This document shows positions 1 through 39,725 of a DNA stretch of 64,000 bases, piece after piece. Every line of letters starts with the position of its first letter. Position 1 is the first letter of the stretch. This DNA is from Amoebidium appalachense. Its lineage: Eukaryota > Protista > Ichthyosporea. The notes under the pieces were generated by a model. That model was not told where the DNA came from. It was given only the letters and a program-made list of their open reading frames with translations, and did no database searches. Location: contig CAVNZM010000004.1 in the NCBI GenBank assembly GCA_963693365.1, positions 8,035,093-8,099,092 on the forward strand. The letters are read 5' to 3'. A program made the translations under genes and the position numbers.

Positions 1-127
1 ACATGTTTTTGCACACAGCAAAAGCCAATTTGCATTTTGTGTAAAACGGTGGCAGTGTGCCTCCCACCTGATGTGAAGGTATGCATATTGTCGTGCGCGT
101 GCGTGTTAATGCGTGGTCAAAACCTAC

Positions 128-161
128 CTTCCAAAGGCCGTTTACCCGAGCGAGTCTGCAT
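128..161 (-). CDS. Probable first coding exon (MQTRSGKRPLE) of a gene running off the left edge
   Basis: ATG at 161, basic TRSxKR-type N-terminus, strong donor AAG|GTAGGT. Lies about 350 bp downstream (minus strand) of an E2F/CCAAT motif cluster. Product not identifiable. Confidence 0.4.
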
Positions 162-496
162 CTTGGCGTTTCGTCTTCAGTCGAGGTTCCTTATGCTATG
201 TGTGTGTTCACTGCTCGGTTAGGCAAAACAAAGACAGGACAGGAGGGTCCAAAAAACCGCCTGACGCTTATAGCCTAACTAAACTAGGCTGCTGGAAATT
301 AAATATTGAATGCACCTTCAAAAAACATGCACATATTTAGATTCCAACAATGTGCAAAACATTAGCTGGAAAGCTTTAGCTGAAAGTAGCCGGCACGTCT
401 TCGGCAGTACTATGTAGTGTTGTTTGTGACGACAGGCTCGACGCCGCTCCGTGTTTCAGTGTGACACTATTACTGTGCTTTTGAGAGGTACAGATT

Positions 497-600
497 TAGC
501 CAATCAAAAGTGTTCACCAATCAAATGACTTGGCGCGGAAATTTGGCGCGCAGTTTTTCCCGGGGTAGCGCCAATCAAATTGGTTCCAAAAATAGCGCTG
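497..600. promoter_or_regulatory. Cell-cycle-type promoter: three CCAAT boxes plus tandem E2F-like sites
   Basis: CCAATCAA at about 500, 517 and 571; TTGGCGCGGAAA 530-541 directly followed by TTTGGCGCGC 542-551. Confidence 0.55.
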
Positions 601-745
601 TGGCGGCGCCAACGCGCGTGCATTCCCGGCCTCCGGTCCCCCCCACCCCCCCCCCCCTTCCTCCCTCCCTCCCTCCTCCGCCACGCACTTTCTCGGTCCG
701 AGCACTGTGACACATACACATTCTCTCTATTCGATGCTTCCTCTT

Positions 746-822
<77 letters not shown>

Positions 823-2095
823 CCTCTCCCTCTCTCCCTCTCTCTCTTGCTCTCTCTCCCCCTCCCCCCCCTCTCTCCCTCTGAATCTCTCTTATCCTCT
901 CTCTCACTCTCCTTCTCGCTCTCCCTCTCTCTCCCTCCCTCCCTCTCTCTCACTCTCCCCCCCTCCCCGTCCCCCCTCCCCGCCCCCCCCCCCCCCCCCC
1001 CCCCCCCTCTTTGTGCGAGATCTCCCCGCCCCTCCCCCCCCCCCCCCCCCCCCCCCCCTCCCCCCGGCCCCAACCTCCTCCCAATTCCTCGAAACCCAGC
1101 CACAGCCCCCAAGACGCATGCCACTTCCCTCACGTAGCCTCTGTGCACCTCCTTCTCCCCACTCCCTCCTTGCTTGCTCCCGTGCCCTCCTTCCTGACCC
1201 GAGTCCTTTGCGACGACGTTCTGCTTGAATGTAAACAGAGTGCATTATGGGCCTTCTTCCGCCCAAGATGCCTCACATGCACCCAATCCCGATTTTGGTG
1301 CTTGTGGGTCAAACTGTCTTGCCCTTTTCCCAGTTTGTTTGCCTCTGGAGGAAAGGCTCTACTACATAGTGCCAGACAAAATATAAATTCAAAGCGTTCA
1401 GTAGCGCTAACGAAAACACGGAAACGCACCGAGCTAAAAGTGTCTGCAGTAATGGAGACCTATTGCATACAAATCCTATACACATGAAACATAGATATAT
1501 GCACGCGCACACACAAAGCACACCAGCAGCATACACAAGATCATATGTATTCCAACTACCGCACAGGTGTGCACAGTCACACATTTTTATGGAAACAGAG
1601 ACTTTGTGATAAACATCTCTACATAGCGCAGTCCACTCGAACGCTTATTCGTGCTCTCCCTTATGTATTCAGTACCTGTTCGACACCTCGGCCTACAGCT
1701 GCAGGGCAGCCCCCCCTCCCCCCCCTCCCCCCCCCTTCCCCCCCCCCCCCCCCCCCAACAACAACAATTCTCTTCCCCTGCCCTCCCCTCCCCCCTCCCC
1801 TCCCCCCCCCTCCCCCCCCTTCCCTTCCCCCCTCCTTCCCCCCTCCCCCCTCCCCCCACACACCCCGGGCGTAGCCTGCCGGTGGTTGCACCGTGCTTCT
1901 CTGTGAGGCCTTACTTGCAGACCCGCAACATTCTATATTTCGTGAGTTTTAATAGCTTAGTACAACCTACCGTAGACAGCTTTCTTACCCCCCCCTCTCC
2001 CCCCAACACCCACACCCACACACGCCCCTCTCCCCCCACCCTCTTCTTCCATACTTCCTCCCTACACGTACAAACACAGCGAGCGTTGGCAACCC

Positions 2096-2126
<31 letters not shown>

Positions 2127-2548
2127 AAAAAAAAGGAAAAAAAAAATAACCTACAATTATTGCATATATATGTGCATGTCAAGTTATTGTGTCGCCGAAC
2201 GTGCACATACACATGCATCGTACATACACATACATGCACAAACATTGCCACACATTTCAAGCTGTGCATTTAAACAATTCATTTTCTGTTTTGTGCCTCG
2301 GATTCAGTACATATATCCCATCTCGGGTATTTTTATACCCTTTCTGATTTCACAATGTCCAGCAATAGCAGTCGCTAATATAGTGTGAAAAACCAAGTCA
2401 ACTATCTGTAACGACCCATAATTCCCGCTGTACATCACAAACACACCGCTGCTATCATAGCCATTTCTCCACACACGTTCCCGCAAGTCGACCAGACAAG
2501 ATTGAATCATTCGCGCATTAGAGGCACACCCAGTGTACCTTTGCCTAC

Positions 2549-2582
<34 letters not shown>

Positions 2583-2886
2583 ACAACAAAAACAACAAAA
2601 AAGTCTGTAAGCACCTGCTCCTCCTACTGCATGGCCACTACTACATAACCATTACATTGCTCTCCCGATCTAAAATACATGAATCTTATCTACATTGCCC
2701 GTGCCCCATGCCAAGTACACAAATCTGTGGCATCCTCTAAGAAACGTGACATACCCCCCCCCCCCCCCCCCCCCCCCCCCCTGCCCCCCCACCCCCCACC
2801 CCCCCACCAGGCCGGCCGGCCGCCGCCGAAAAAAAAAAAAAAAACGCCCCGTTTAACACGCATGCATCCACACACACACACCCCAA

Positions 2887-11294
<8,408 letters not shown>

Positions 11295-11300
11295 TCTTAA

Positions 11301-11378
11301 AGACTCCCTCCCTCCCGTCCCCCTATGCGCTGTTTCTTAGAGACTCCCTCCCTCCCTTCCCCCCTATGCGCTGTTTCC
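11301..11378. repeat. Tandem duplication of a 40-bp unit just upstream of the glucokinase-like ATG
   Basis: AGACTCCCTCCCTCCC(G/T)TCCCCCTATGCGCTGTTTC at 11301 and 11341. Confidence 0.85.
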
Positions 11379-11379
11379 T

Positions 11380-13004
11380 TTAATGTCTAGTTTGCGCAAG
11401 ACGGGGGTTTAACCCTCCCGGGGGGATTGGGTCAAAGCGGCACCCTGTTAAAGTCGGAGGGAGGAAGGGGAAGGGAAGGGAATGGGGGGGGGAGGGGGGG
11501 AAGAGGTAGGGGGAGTGAAGGGGAGGGAGGCGTGGGGGGGGGGGAGGGGGGATTGTTAGAAATGGGGTTTGTTTTGCCATTGCAACAGATGTAGTCTGTC
11601 GCTTCATTGGTACACAGCCTCACAAAACTCTTTACGGCACCAAAAAAGAAGAAGAAGAAGATGGCGGTGTTTTGTACGGAGACATCGTTCAGTATACCCC
11701 ATTAAGAAAAGTGAAGGGGGCCGGAGCCCGCAGATAGGGGGAGGGGGGGGAGAGGGGGGAGGGGAGGGGGGAGGGCGGCGGCGGGGGGAGGGGGGGGGGG
11801 GGAGGGGGGAGGAAGCGCACAAACAGAGAGTTAGACTGATGAAAAATGGGTTGCTTGAGGCATGTACCATACGGTCAACGGTGCATGTATAAGTGCTTGT
11901 GTGTGTGTGTGCGCGCGCGTGCGTCTGCGTGTGTGAAAGCATTTCCATGGGTGTGTTCGTGTCTTCCTGCGTGTGTGCGCGTGCCTCGTGTGTGTGTGTG
12001 TGTGTGTGTGCACCTATCTTCCTTTTTCGCGTGTGCACATACACTAGCCTCTTGCACATTTTTTGGTTGGTTTGTTCGTTCGTTCTTTTTTTTTTTTTTT
12101 TTTTTTTTGGGGGGGGGGGAGAGGGGGGGGGGGGGGGGGGGGGGGGGGGGACCAAAGAGATATAAACCAGCTCGGGAAAAAAAAAGGAGCGGCTGTGCCC
12201 AACCACACCAGCCGCGCAACACGTCGTACATGGAACTGAACATGAACAAGGCATGGGTAGAGGTGGGAAGGTGTGCACAGCAGGAGGAGGGGGCAAACAA
12301 AACACTTTTAAACCCCTAACGGCAAACCTTCTTCACTTAACGTGGCCACATAACAGTGAGGCACAGGTCAACCACAGTCCAGCCCCTCTCTCTCTCCTAC
12401 CCCCCTCCCCCCCCCAACCTTTCCCAAAAAAAATGCTAAACAGATACACCCCACCTCCAACCACCCTCTCCCTCTCCCCCCCCCCTCCCCCCCCCTCCCC
12501 CCCCCCCCCCCCCCCCCGCCCGCCCCTTTTTTCCCCCCCCAGATAATCACACTTGCCCTTTGTGCAGATCTCCTCCACCCCCTACCCCCCCTTCCTCCCC
12601 TCCATTGGCATAAGAATCTTTCTTCCTCCCTCCCTCCCCCTCCCTCCGTCCTTGCCGTATAGCCAAAAAAAGCGGGGACTGGTGGAGCGGACGGAATGTC
12701 TGTTTGGGGGGTGGATGTGTCAGGTGCATGTTGAAGGTGGCCCGTGCCCGTGTGCATGTGTGCGTGGGGATGTATGGGTGCGTGTGTTTGTGGGTGCAAA
12801 ATGTGCCTGCGTGCCTGCGTGCGTACATGGCGTCCGGGAGCATGAAATTTGGTTGGAACGGGAAAGATTTACCTTTCAGGGGGGCTAGAGAGTCACCCCT
12901 GTCGCTGCTCCACGGAATAACTGAAAAGACAGGCACCGGATTTCGGTAATAGAGTATATGGCAACCAAGGCCTAAGACCGTAAAATCGTACCTAAAAAGC
13001 GCAT
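11380..13004 (-). other. Putative spliced 5' leader / upstream ORF (39-80 aa depending on splicing) of the glucokinase-like gene
   Basis: ATG 13004; candidate exons 13004-12992 and 12920-12827, optional 12699-12656 and 12235-12209, and an acceptor at 11444 after a pyrimidine tract. All three frames of the 11444 exon stop before ATG 11294. Confidence 0.35.
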
Positions 13005-13576
13005 GTATCATAGGATCTACCACCCGTTGAAACTCTCCTTTAAATGCCACCGTCTTTACTACTGCCAACGTCTTTGCTACTGTGATCTGTGAATGTTTCC
13101 GTGTATCCGATGTTTATTCCCCACTCCAGTGCCGCGGGAAAAAAGTACTGATGATATGGCGAGTCACCGAACAAGCTATTTATGGTAGATTACTTGAAGC
13201 CCATGCGTTTTGAGATAATGTTCTGTAGGGTCGCCTTCAATTTCTATTTACAAATGTTTCCTCTCAAACAACTGCACTGGAATCTGCGAGCAACAGTGAC
13301 ATAAGTAGAAACGTCCAGCCCCTTATTCCAGCCAAAACGTATGCCTATGCAATTTCCTGTGCGCCTTGTTCTCTTCTCCCTGCTGCGCACCACAATTTTT
13401 ATACTGAGCTCCTTTTCCTCCTTTTCATGTTTTCATGTTTTAGGAGACACACAGTCAGCGTCTGGCTTTGGCGGGGCTGGCAGATACGCGCCGACGCCGC
13501 GTCCCTTATCGGATCTCCCGTCGCTTAGATCGACCTACCAGTGCTCTATGTGGCCGCACTACACCAGCACGAAAAT

Positions 13577-13586
13577 CCATATTTGG
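13577..13586. promoter_or_regulatory. CArG box (CCATATTTGG) in the divergent promoter region between the glucokinase-like and SWIB genes
   Basis: Exact CC(A/T)6GG match with a near-match CCATATATAG about 20 bp away. Short motif; could be chance. Confidence 0.3.
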
Positions 13587-14756
13587 TTTATAGACTACCA
13601 TATATAGCGTGTCCGCAATCTCACGGACGCTTTATGGAACACTTTTGCACGGATCGCGATCGATCTGTTTCCTGGCTCTCCCTCGCTCCCTTCTCACACT
13701 GTGCCTCTCCTTTTTTTTTTTTTTGACCGTCTAAAGCTCATGTTTTCCCTTCCGCGATTAATGCCTTTACACCGCAACCTCTCTCTGGCTTCAAGGTATT
13801 TTTCCGTTCTATAAGCGAGATAACACGCGTCGATACCAACGTTTGATTATATAGCTTTGCTCTTGGTAAGGTAAGTTGGTCAGCTTCACCCTCTATCTAC
13901 ACAGCAGCCATAACACAGCAAATTCATGTTGTCAATAACCCTTATTCTTTTCCACGCATACCTGTTTCACCTTATTTTTACTCCCAATAGCACAGAGTTT
14001 TTAAGCATCAATCTGTGTGTGGTGTACGTGCATGGCAGTCGACTATCAACAGTGTACGCCTTTGCGAAGCGCATGTGCTCTCTCACACCCAAACAATAGA
14101 CACGAACACTATAGCAGAGCATGAACGCAAACACATACAGACTACACGCACGCACGCACGCACGCAGACCCGGCACATACACCTTCTCTACAACATCACG
14201 GAAATGGGTAAACTTACGAATCATCACGAACGTGGGAGTTCTCGTGGCAGCTGCGAATATTGGTGAACCCCAGGGTGTGCCAGGCGTAAGAAATGGCCAA
14301 TTTTAAATATTTTCTGTATCATCTAAGTTATTACACTTTTATTTGGACTTGGGTGTATTCACTGTGTGCACACATGTTTGGCCACACATTTTTGGCTTTT
14401 TTACTCCCTCGCCTTTTTACTCCCTCTCCGTCGATTCCAACCTGTTTCACTGTCTTGGCCATCACGATTACTAGAGGTGGGGTTTGTGCCAGTGTGTATA
14501 TGTGTAAGGGATAGGTTTGAAGGAGGGATGATGGTATATGGCTTGGATGGATTGGCGAAGAAAAGGACTGGGGGAAAGGGGGACGGAAATGGGGGGAACT
14601 CTGCACAACGTTAGAGGTTTTTTTCTTTTTCGGTTTTCCTCGCCACAGGCTTTCTCAAAGCTTTCCAGGTTTTTTTTCAAAAAAGAAAAAACTACCTTGG
14701 GTAGATGTGCCACAGAGACAACACTCACGATGAATTTCACCACTTTTCCAGGAAAG

Positions 14757-20241
<5,485 letters not shown>

Positions 20242-20432
20242 GATTATGATGTGCCCTTGCACGAACCCTTCCCCCATCCACCTGAATTTTCTGCTTGTGT
20301 GTGGATAAAGTAACGGTTCAGCCCACTATTTTCTTGCTATCAATATGTCTTGGTTTCTCTTCTCTCCTCTCTCGCACTGACATTTTCTTGTTTTTCTTTT
20401 CTGTTCTTTTCTCGTAGAGGGTGAGTGGGGAA

Positions 20433-20465
<33 letters not shown>

Positions 20466-20523
20466 GGGGGAGGGGGAATGGTGGGTACCGGTGGGTGTGT
20501 CTGTGTGTGTGTGTGTGTGTGTT

Positions 20524-20571
<48 letters not shown>

Positions 20572-21338
20572 TTTTCTTCCTTTCCTCCTCCGCCGGTTCC
20601 CACGGTTCCCATTTTTTTTGTTGTTGTTGTTGTTTTGAAGTTTGTGTTTTATTGAATCCCCTTTCCCCTTAATTCATCCTTTCCTGAGACCGGTTTTCTA
20701 TTCTAGCATATGTTCGATCAGCAACATCTCTACTTGTGTAGTCGTGTGCATATTATTCCTAACCCTTTTAGGCAGTACATATTCAAACACGGAGGCATTT
20801 TTGCGTGCAATGTGATTGTAACACACTTGTGCATTCATACACACTAAAAACCAATGCCCATGGCTAATGCACACACAGCACTCATGTTTTACGTTGGCAG
20901 GACACCAGGGGTAAGAACGAGTTTCAGTCATACACCTAACCGCTTCAGTGTGGGTCTGTATACGGATAGGGATGGGGCCAGTTAAACCGAGAGCCTTTCT
21001 ATATAGGCGTCTTTTGATAATTACAAGGATTAAACTTGTGCATTGCTAAGTTTTTGTTCTCCGGTGGTCGACTCCTCGACATTATGTTACCAGCTATGTC
21101 CAATAATAAAGCCCTGTTTGGTATCATGAAGTGTGAGCACGCTTGTGGCAGCTTGTACGTATACCAGCACAAGTATACCCCAGCAACTTACAAATCGTTG
21201 TGTGCGCACTGTACATGTGGTGAGCTCGAGTTGTGCGAGTGCAAGATATTTAAGTTTTTCTTCTTGCCGTTTCCTTCATAATGATTGCCGTTATTAGCAC
21301 ATGATCACACGTGTCTGACATCGTATGAATTCGACCAG

Positions 21339-21384
<46 letters not shown>

Positions 21385-21450
21385 ACACACAGACACACAC
21401 ACACCTTCCTCCTCCTCCCCCGTAAATTCCCCACCCCCATAACCCTTGGC

Positions 21451-21530
<80 letters not shown>

Positions 21531-22084
21531 GCCCAATCCTCATGAGTGTCCAATCAATCCCCCTGCATGCTCCCCCCCCCCCCCCGAATTTGAGGGAGGG
21601 GCACTTATTTATTGATCCCCCCCCCCCCCCCCCCCAAACACACACACACACACACACACTTCCTAGAAATTTATGGAGCTGCTGATAAGGAGGCCCCCAC
21701 GGCCATTTTGAAAAAAGGGCCGTGCTTTTGGGCCTCCCCCCTCACCATCTCCTGACTTGGCTAGCCGAATCTCCCGAGCCTCACTCCTAGGTCTCCGGAC
21801 GGATCGATTCCCGGCGGAAGTGATCACCAAACCTCGGGAATAAAGCCCTGAGCCCTGTGAATGTTCATGAATCCGCGCGCTGTATCATATGTATCTGCGG
21901 GCCCGGTCAGTCACAAAAGTTGAGGCTAAAGGAACGAAAGACACGTTTGTACCCGCATTCTCTACCTCTGTATTGACCATACTGCTTTGCCGTTCTCAAG
22001 GCTATAGAATGCCGTTTTCAAGGCTATAGAAACACTATCACACACATCGAAACACCAACGTTTGTTACAAGGAAAGAAACGAGG

Positions 22085-27743
<5,659 letters not shown>

Positions 27744-29959
27744 TCGGCTCACATACTGTTCAACCCCCAGTCGGCGGCCTACCCACCTCATCTACCTCCC
27801 CCCTCGCCCTCGCCCTCCCCCTCTCCCCGCCTTTTCCCCCCTCGCCCCCTTTGCCATACACACCCATTAGAAAACCCCACACTGTGTACTCTTTTGCGAA
27901 TTTGGTGTTCACTTTCTCTGCTGTTCACTTGGAGGTAGGTGGGTGAGACTCGGTGAAGAATGCAGAAGAATGGGAAGGTGTAACTGTGCCTGCTGATTTG
28001 GAGACCTTGCCTTGTTTGAACGATAATGATTTCAGCAAAAATAGCTTAGCGAGGGGACGAATGGAATACGACGCAAGACTTCATAGATGTTTTCCTTGGT
28101 GGAAGGGTCGTGTGTTTTATTATTATTAGGCAGCCGACCATGTTCATACTTGGCATTGCTCCGATGATACTGACTGTAATGAGGAAAACATGGATCATAG
28201 TAATTATGCACACCAACGACAGTGCTGGCCACTGCGATTTTCCTTGCAAATAAAAGCTTCAAAGTCACCCCGTGGCCATCGGTCTGTCGTTTGCAAACTC
28301 CGCAAGCTTCCCTTCTCGCCGCGGCAGCTTTTGTATTTGGAAAGGCGCCGCCGATGAACTTTTGGCGCGCAAATCATGAATTTGCCACCCTCGTTCGGAA
28401 GGGGGGCAAAACGCGGGAGCGTTGTCTTGCTCAGCCCACTGTCCCCCCAAAGAACCATTTCCCCCCTTCATATTCGTTCTTGGATTCTTCTTACGGAAAT
28501 AAGAATTCAGGAACTTGAGACACTTTATCCTTTTTGTTCACTGTATATTTGGTCGTATTCTTTACTCTGTATGTACGAATAAGTGAGTTTCCACAGGCAT
28601 GCTCAACATGTACAGCAGCCCTCCGGGCCCTTCAACATTCACGATCAACTTGTTTTGCTAACTTTTCTATCAACTACTAATAGAATAATTGATAAATGCA
28701 TTGTTAATGTACTGATTGGTTGTAATATTTGTAATTCTCGTCCAATCAAAGGATGATGAACTCTGAGCGATGCAAACAATTCAACAGATTCGCAACCGGC
28801 GATTACGAGACGGGGCTTTTTTTGCATTTGTCACGTGCCGCTGCGGCCGCGCCCGTTGTGAGCCTTATCAATCAGCGCGCACGCACACACTCGCACACAC
28901 ACACACACTGCAAGCACACAAGTATGAATGGCAAAACACTTTCTCTTCATAATGATTTGAACATTTAGGTGCTGCAACACACTGTATTCTCTACGAGGTG
29001 AATTTTTCCTAACATCTAATTTTTTTTCAAGTTAGTTGTTGTTCCTTTTTTTCCCCTTCTGTTGTTGTTGTTTGTCCTATACCATCGCCAGCTCACAGGT
29101 CATCTGTCCATGGCCAGCAAAGTATAATCGGTAGGCACGCCGTCATTTTGCGACCTTATATCGTATACATAACGTTATTTGCTCCTCATATTACGTAGAC
29201 GTTAAGGTAGAGACACGGCACATCTTTCTCCTAAAGGTGTATATAAGAAACTCACTGCTCTGCACTTCAACGCATCTATAAAACAACTGGTTGAAGTTCC
29301 CTCGCTGCAAAACCTTATGGTGTGCTTTTAATTTTGGCCACAAACCTGTTGTCTACGCCGTAAAAAATTTTTATTTAAGCGGTTTTGACGCATAGAGGCA
29401 AGTTCTTTTCCTGGCAGAAACCCAAGGCAGAGAAAAGGGTTGAAGTTACCAGTGAGAGACTTGGCACCCAAAACACACAGGTGACAGGTGAGTGGTGGGT
29501 GTGTGGTGGCTATGTGTCGGCGGGTATGGGTCTGAGTTTGAGCGTGTGTCCAGCTGCACGTGTAAGCTATGTGTGTGTGTCTTTGTGTGTTCTCTGGACA
29601 GGTATTCAGTTGTGTACCATTTCGCATTCTTGTTTGTAGTCTGTGTGCACGAGCATACGCACTTGGTGTTGGTGTGGCTGGGGTTTTGACACGGCTTTGT
29701 CGTGAGGTTGTTTGTTTGCAGGTATGCACACCTTATGGCTTTTTCTTGTGTTACGTGGTGCACGTGCTTAAATAAAAAAGATCTCTTGATGGGTTTGTTT
29801 TGTTGAGGATTTTGTGAGGGTTGGCTGGTTGTGGTGGGTAAAGACTGGCAGGGGGGGGGGGGGGGGGGGGGGGGAGGGGTTTGAATGACAACTCCGGTTA
29901 GTTTACGGGCTAGTGGTGTTGCCTGGCGTTGAGGGTATTGCTTGTGCTGCATGTATCCA

Positions 29960-29990
<31 letters not shown>

Positions 29991-30369
29991 CTGTGTGTGC
30001 GCGCGCGTGCACACACATGCGCTTGTGTGTGTATATGTGCATGTGGCTTGTGTGGCAGGGTTTGGGAACAGATTGCGTGGCTTGTTTCAGTGTACGGACA
30101 GATGTAAGGGAGGGATAGATTAGAGTGAGGGGGGGGGGGGGGGGGGGGGGGGCAGAGGATGGGTTATGGGTATGCTAGCAGGGGTGGGGAGGGGGGGGGG
30201 GGGGGGGGTACAGAAGTTTATGAGGCGGTATGGCTGTGTGGTGTATGCTCCGAGTGCTTTACTGCTGTTAGGAGGGTGGATATCTGTCACGAGCATGTGT
30301 TGCACTGCACCTTTTCGATGTGCGTGTTCTGGTGTGTTGACTGCGCTGCGCACGCGCAAACACACATAC

Positions 30370-30449
<80 letters not shown>

Positions 30450-30797
30450 TATGCAACTGAAAGAACAACGACACGTAGCACAAGAGACACATGCACGTTA
30501 ACAACTGATTTGGATGAACATGTTCATGCCGAGGGGCACCCATGCCAAATGAATTCTTCGCATTCGCACAAGCAAGCAAGCTTTCAAAACTGTGGCGTCA
30601 AACATAACCGTCCCCCGCTCTCCTTTCAAGTCTAACTTTTGTGAATTGTGTATGCCTTTGTTGCCCGAAGCTTTGAAGCCAATTATGGTGTCTTGCCGCA
30701 TTGCTAACCTGCTGCTCTCCAAACAAACAGAAATTCCTTAATTGATTCGAATATCCGTTCGGTATCTTCCACATAAACACATTTTGGGAGATAAAAA

Positions 30798-38189
<7,392 letters not shown>

Positions 38190-39356
38190 ATTGGGAGGGA
38201 AATATCACCCCTTTGGCATAGTTGAAAGAATACTATGAACCCCATGTAATTCCAAATTTCGCTCTCTGGTTTTCGGTGGTCACCGTGTGGTGTGTAGGCG
38301 GTGTTGTGGTTAAAAAACGTGATTGTAAACGTAGACATCTTGGCTCGAATCACATACTCTGGTGTAATCTCCTTGGGGATTTTTTTTTTTTTTTTTTTTT
38401 TTTTCCCCGTTTTTCCGCTCTCCTACTATCAAGCTAATATTAGGTGGTAGCATTGTGGTGATCAGATGGGGGTGTGTGTATTTGGAGAAGGGGGGGGGGG
38501 GTTGATTGCAATCACATGAATGTTGTGGGACGGGGCCTGCATTCCCTTCTTGTTTTTCCTTTCTTTTTTTTTTTTTTTTTTTTTTTTTTCCTGCTAGCTC
38601 GCATTTTAAGCAAAAATTAATCTACTGTTCCCGTGTCATTGTGAAAGAGGACTCTATGTAATAGTTGTGATATGATGCAATCTGTAATACCGCAGTAAGA
38701 TAAGGAGGTGTTGGTGGGGAGGGGGTCCCCGGATGCGAAATTTTTGGTAATGATTTTCCAAATTCTAAGGTCTTTGTTTTGTTCCTATCGGCCGGCATAT
38801 TTCCTTATTTAGGCACACCCTTACCATATATGGAAGGAAGAATAGCGGGAGTGTAGCTGGGTCTACCCCTGCTGATATGCTCTCTGTACCGACAGAAATA
38901 GAACGCACAAACATTTAAAATGCCTGGGTTGAGTTGGCGCATACGGCCCAGGGAGGGTGTTCTCTGTGAAGAGTGCACCTGCTCTATGACATTGTAATTG
39001 CCGGTGATTCATGGGATCAATAATCAAGAACACGTTGCTCCTGGGCTTTGCCCCCCCTCCCCCCCCTCCCCCCCCCCCCCCCCCCCCCAGCAGTGCGGGT
39101 TGGGAACCATGCGCGAGAGGTTAAAGAGTCGAAACCCATGCTTTTGTGGAGGCATAGGAACCCCCAGACTGATGATGGGCTCTGTTCAAGTGTCTTCTGC
39201 CTGCACGCTTAAATTGTAATGTTTGATTTTGGATTTCGCGGTGTTTTGTTGTTGCTCTTTGTTATCTCCTCCATATTTCCAACCCTCTAACGCGTACCCC
39301 CCCCCCCCCCCCCCCCCCCCCCCCCGTCGAAACTCAGACGCAATTGATGACTTGGG

Positions 39357-39725
39357 TCCTCCCTGAGGATGGGCTCTGCTTATGACGCATACTGTGCGCA
39401 TGGCTGATGTTGCATACCCGAATGTTTGCCTTTGCATGTGTCCTGCACTCCTGCCGGCGTGGCTGGGGTAGTGGCCCTGAGCAAAGTGTGTACTTATAGT
39501 TAGGTTGTGAAGGATGGTTTAGCTTAGCTGAACTCATAGATAGCACCTTAACTAGTGTACTGTCGGTGCTGTGTGGTAGATATAGACGGTAGTTTCCCTA
39601 GAGGGCCTGAAAAGGCGCTCGGGGAACAAAACGTGATAAAAAAAAACATAAAAAAAAGCAAACATGTGTCCTGCACCATGCTTCTCGTCGTGTATGCGTA
39701 CTTCGTACCGTGTTCCGCATTCAAA
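39357..39725 (+). mobile_element. Dispersed element, copy C (diverged), interrupted by a retroposon
   Basis: Starts CTCCCTGAGGATGGGCTCTGCTTAT and ends GTACTTCGTAC..GCATTCAAA plus poly-C, like copies A and B. Confidence 0.7.
39449..39662 (+). mobile_element. A-tailed retroposon (SINE-like, probably 5'-truncated) with a 14-bp target-site duplication
   Basis: CATGTGTCCTGCAC at 39435-39448 and 39663-39676; the insert ends AAAAAAAAACATAAAAAAAAGCAAA; removing it restores colinearity with copy A. Confidence 0.75.

Noticed and set aside
21681-21725. GC-rich hairpin, plus a 22-bp tandem duplication (21988-22031), upstream of the ankyrin gene
   Set aside because: Real but short; nothing supports a function.
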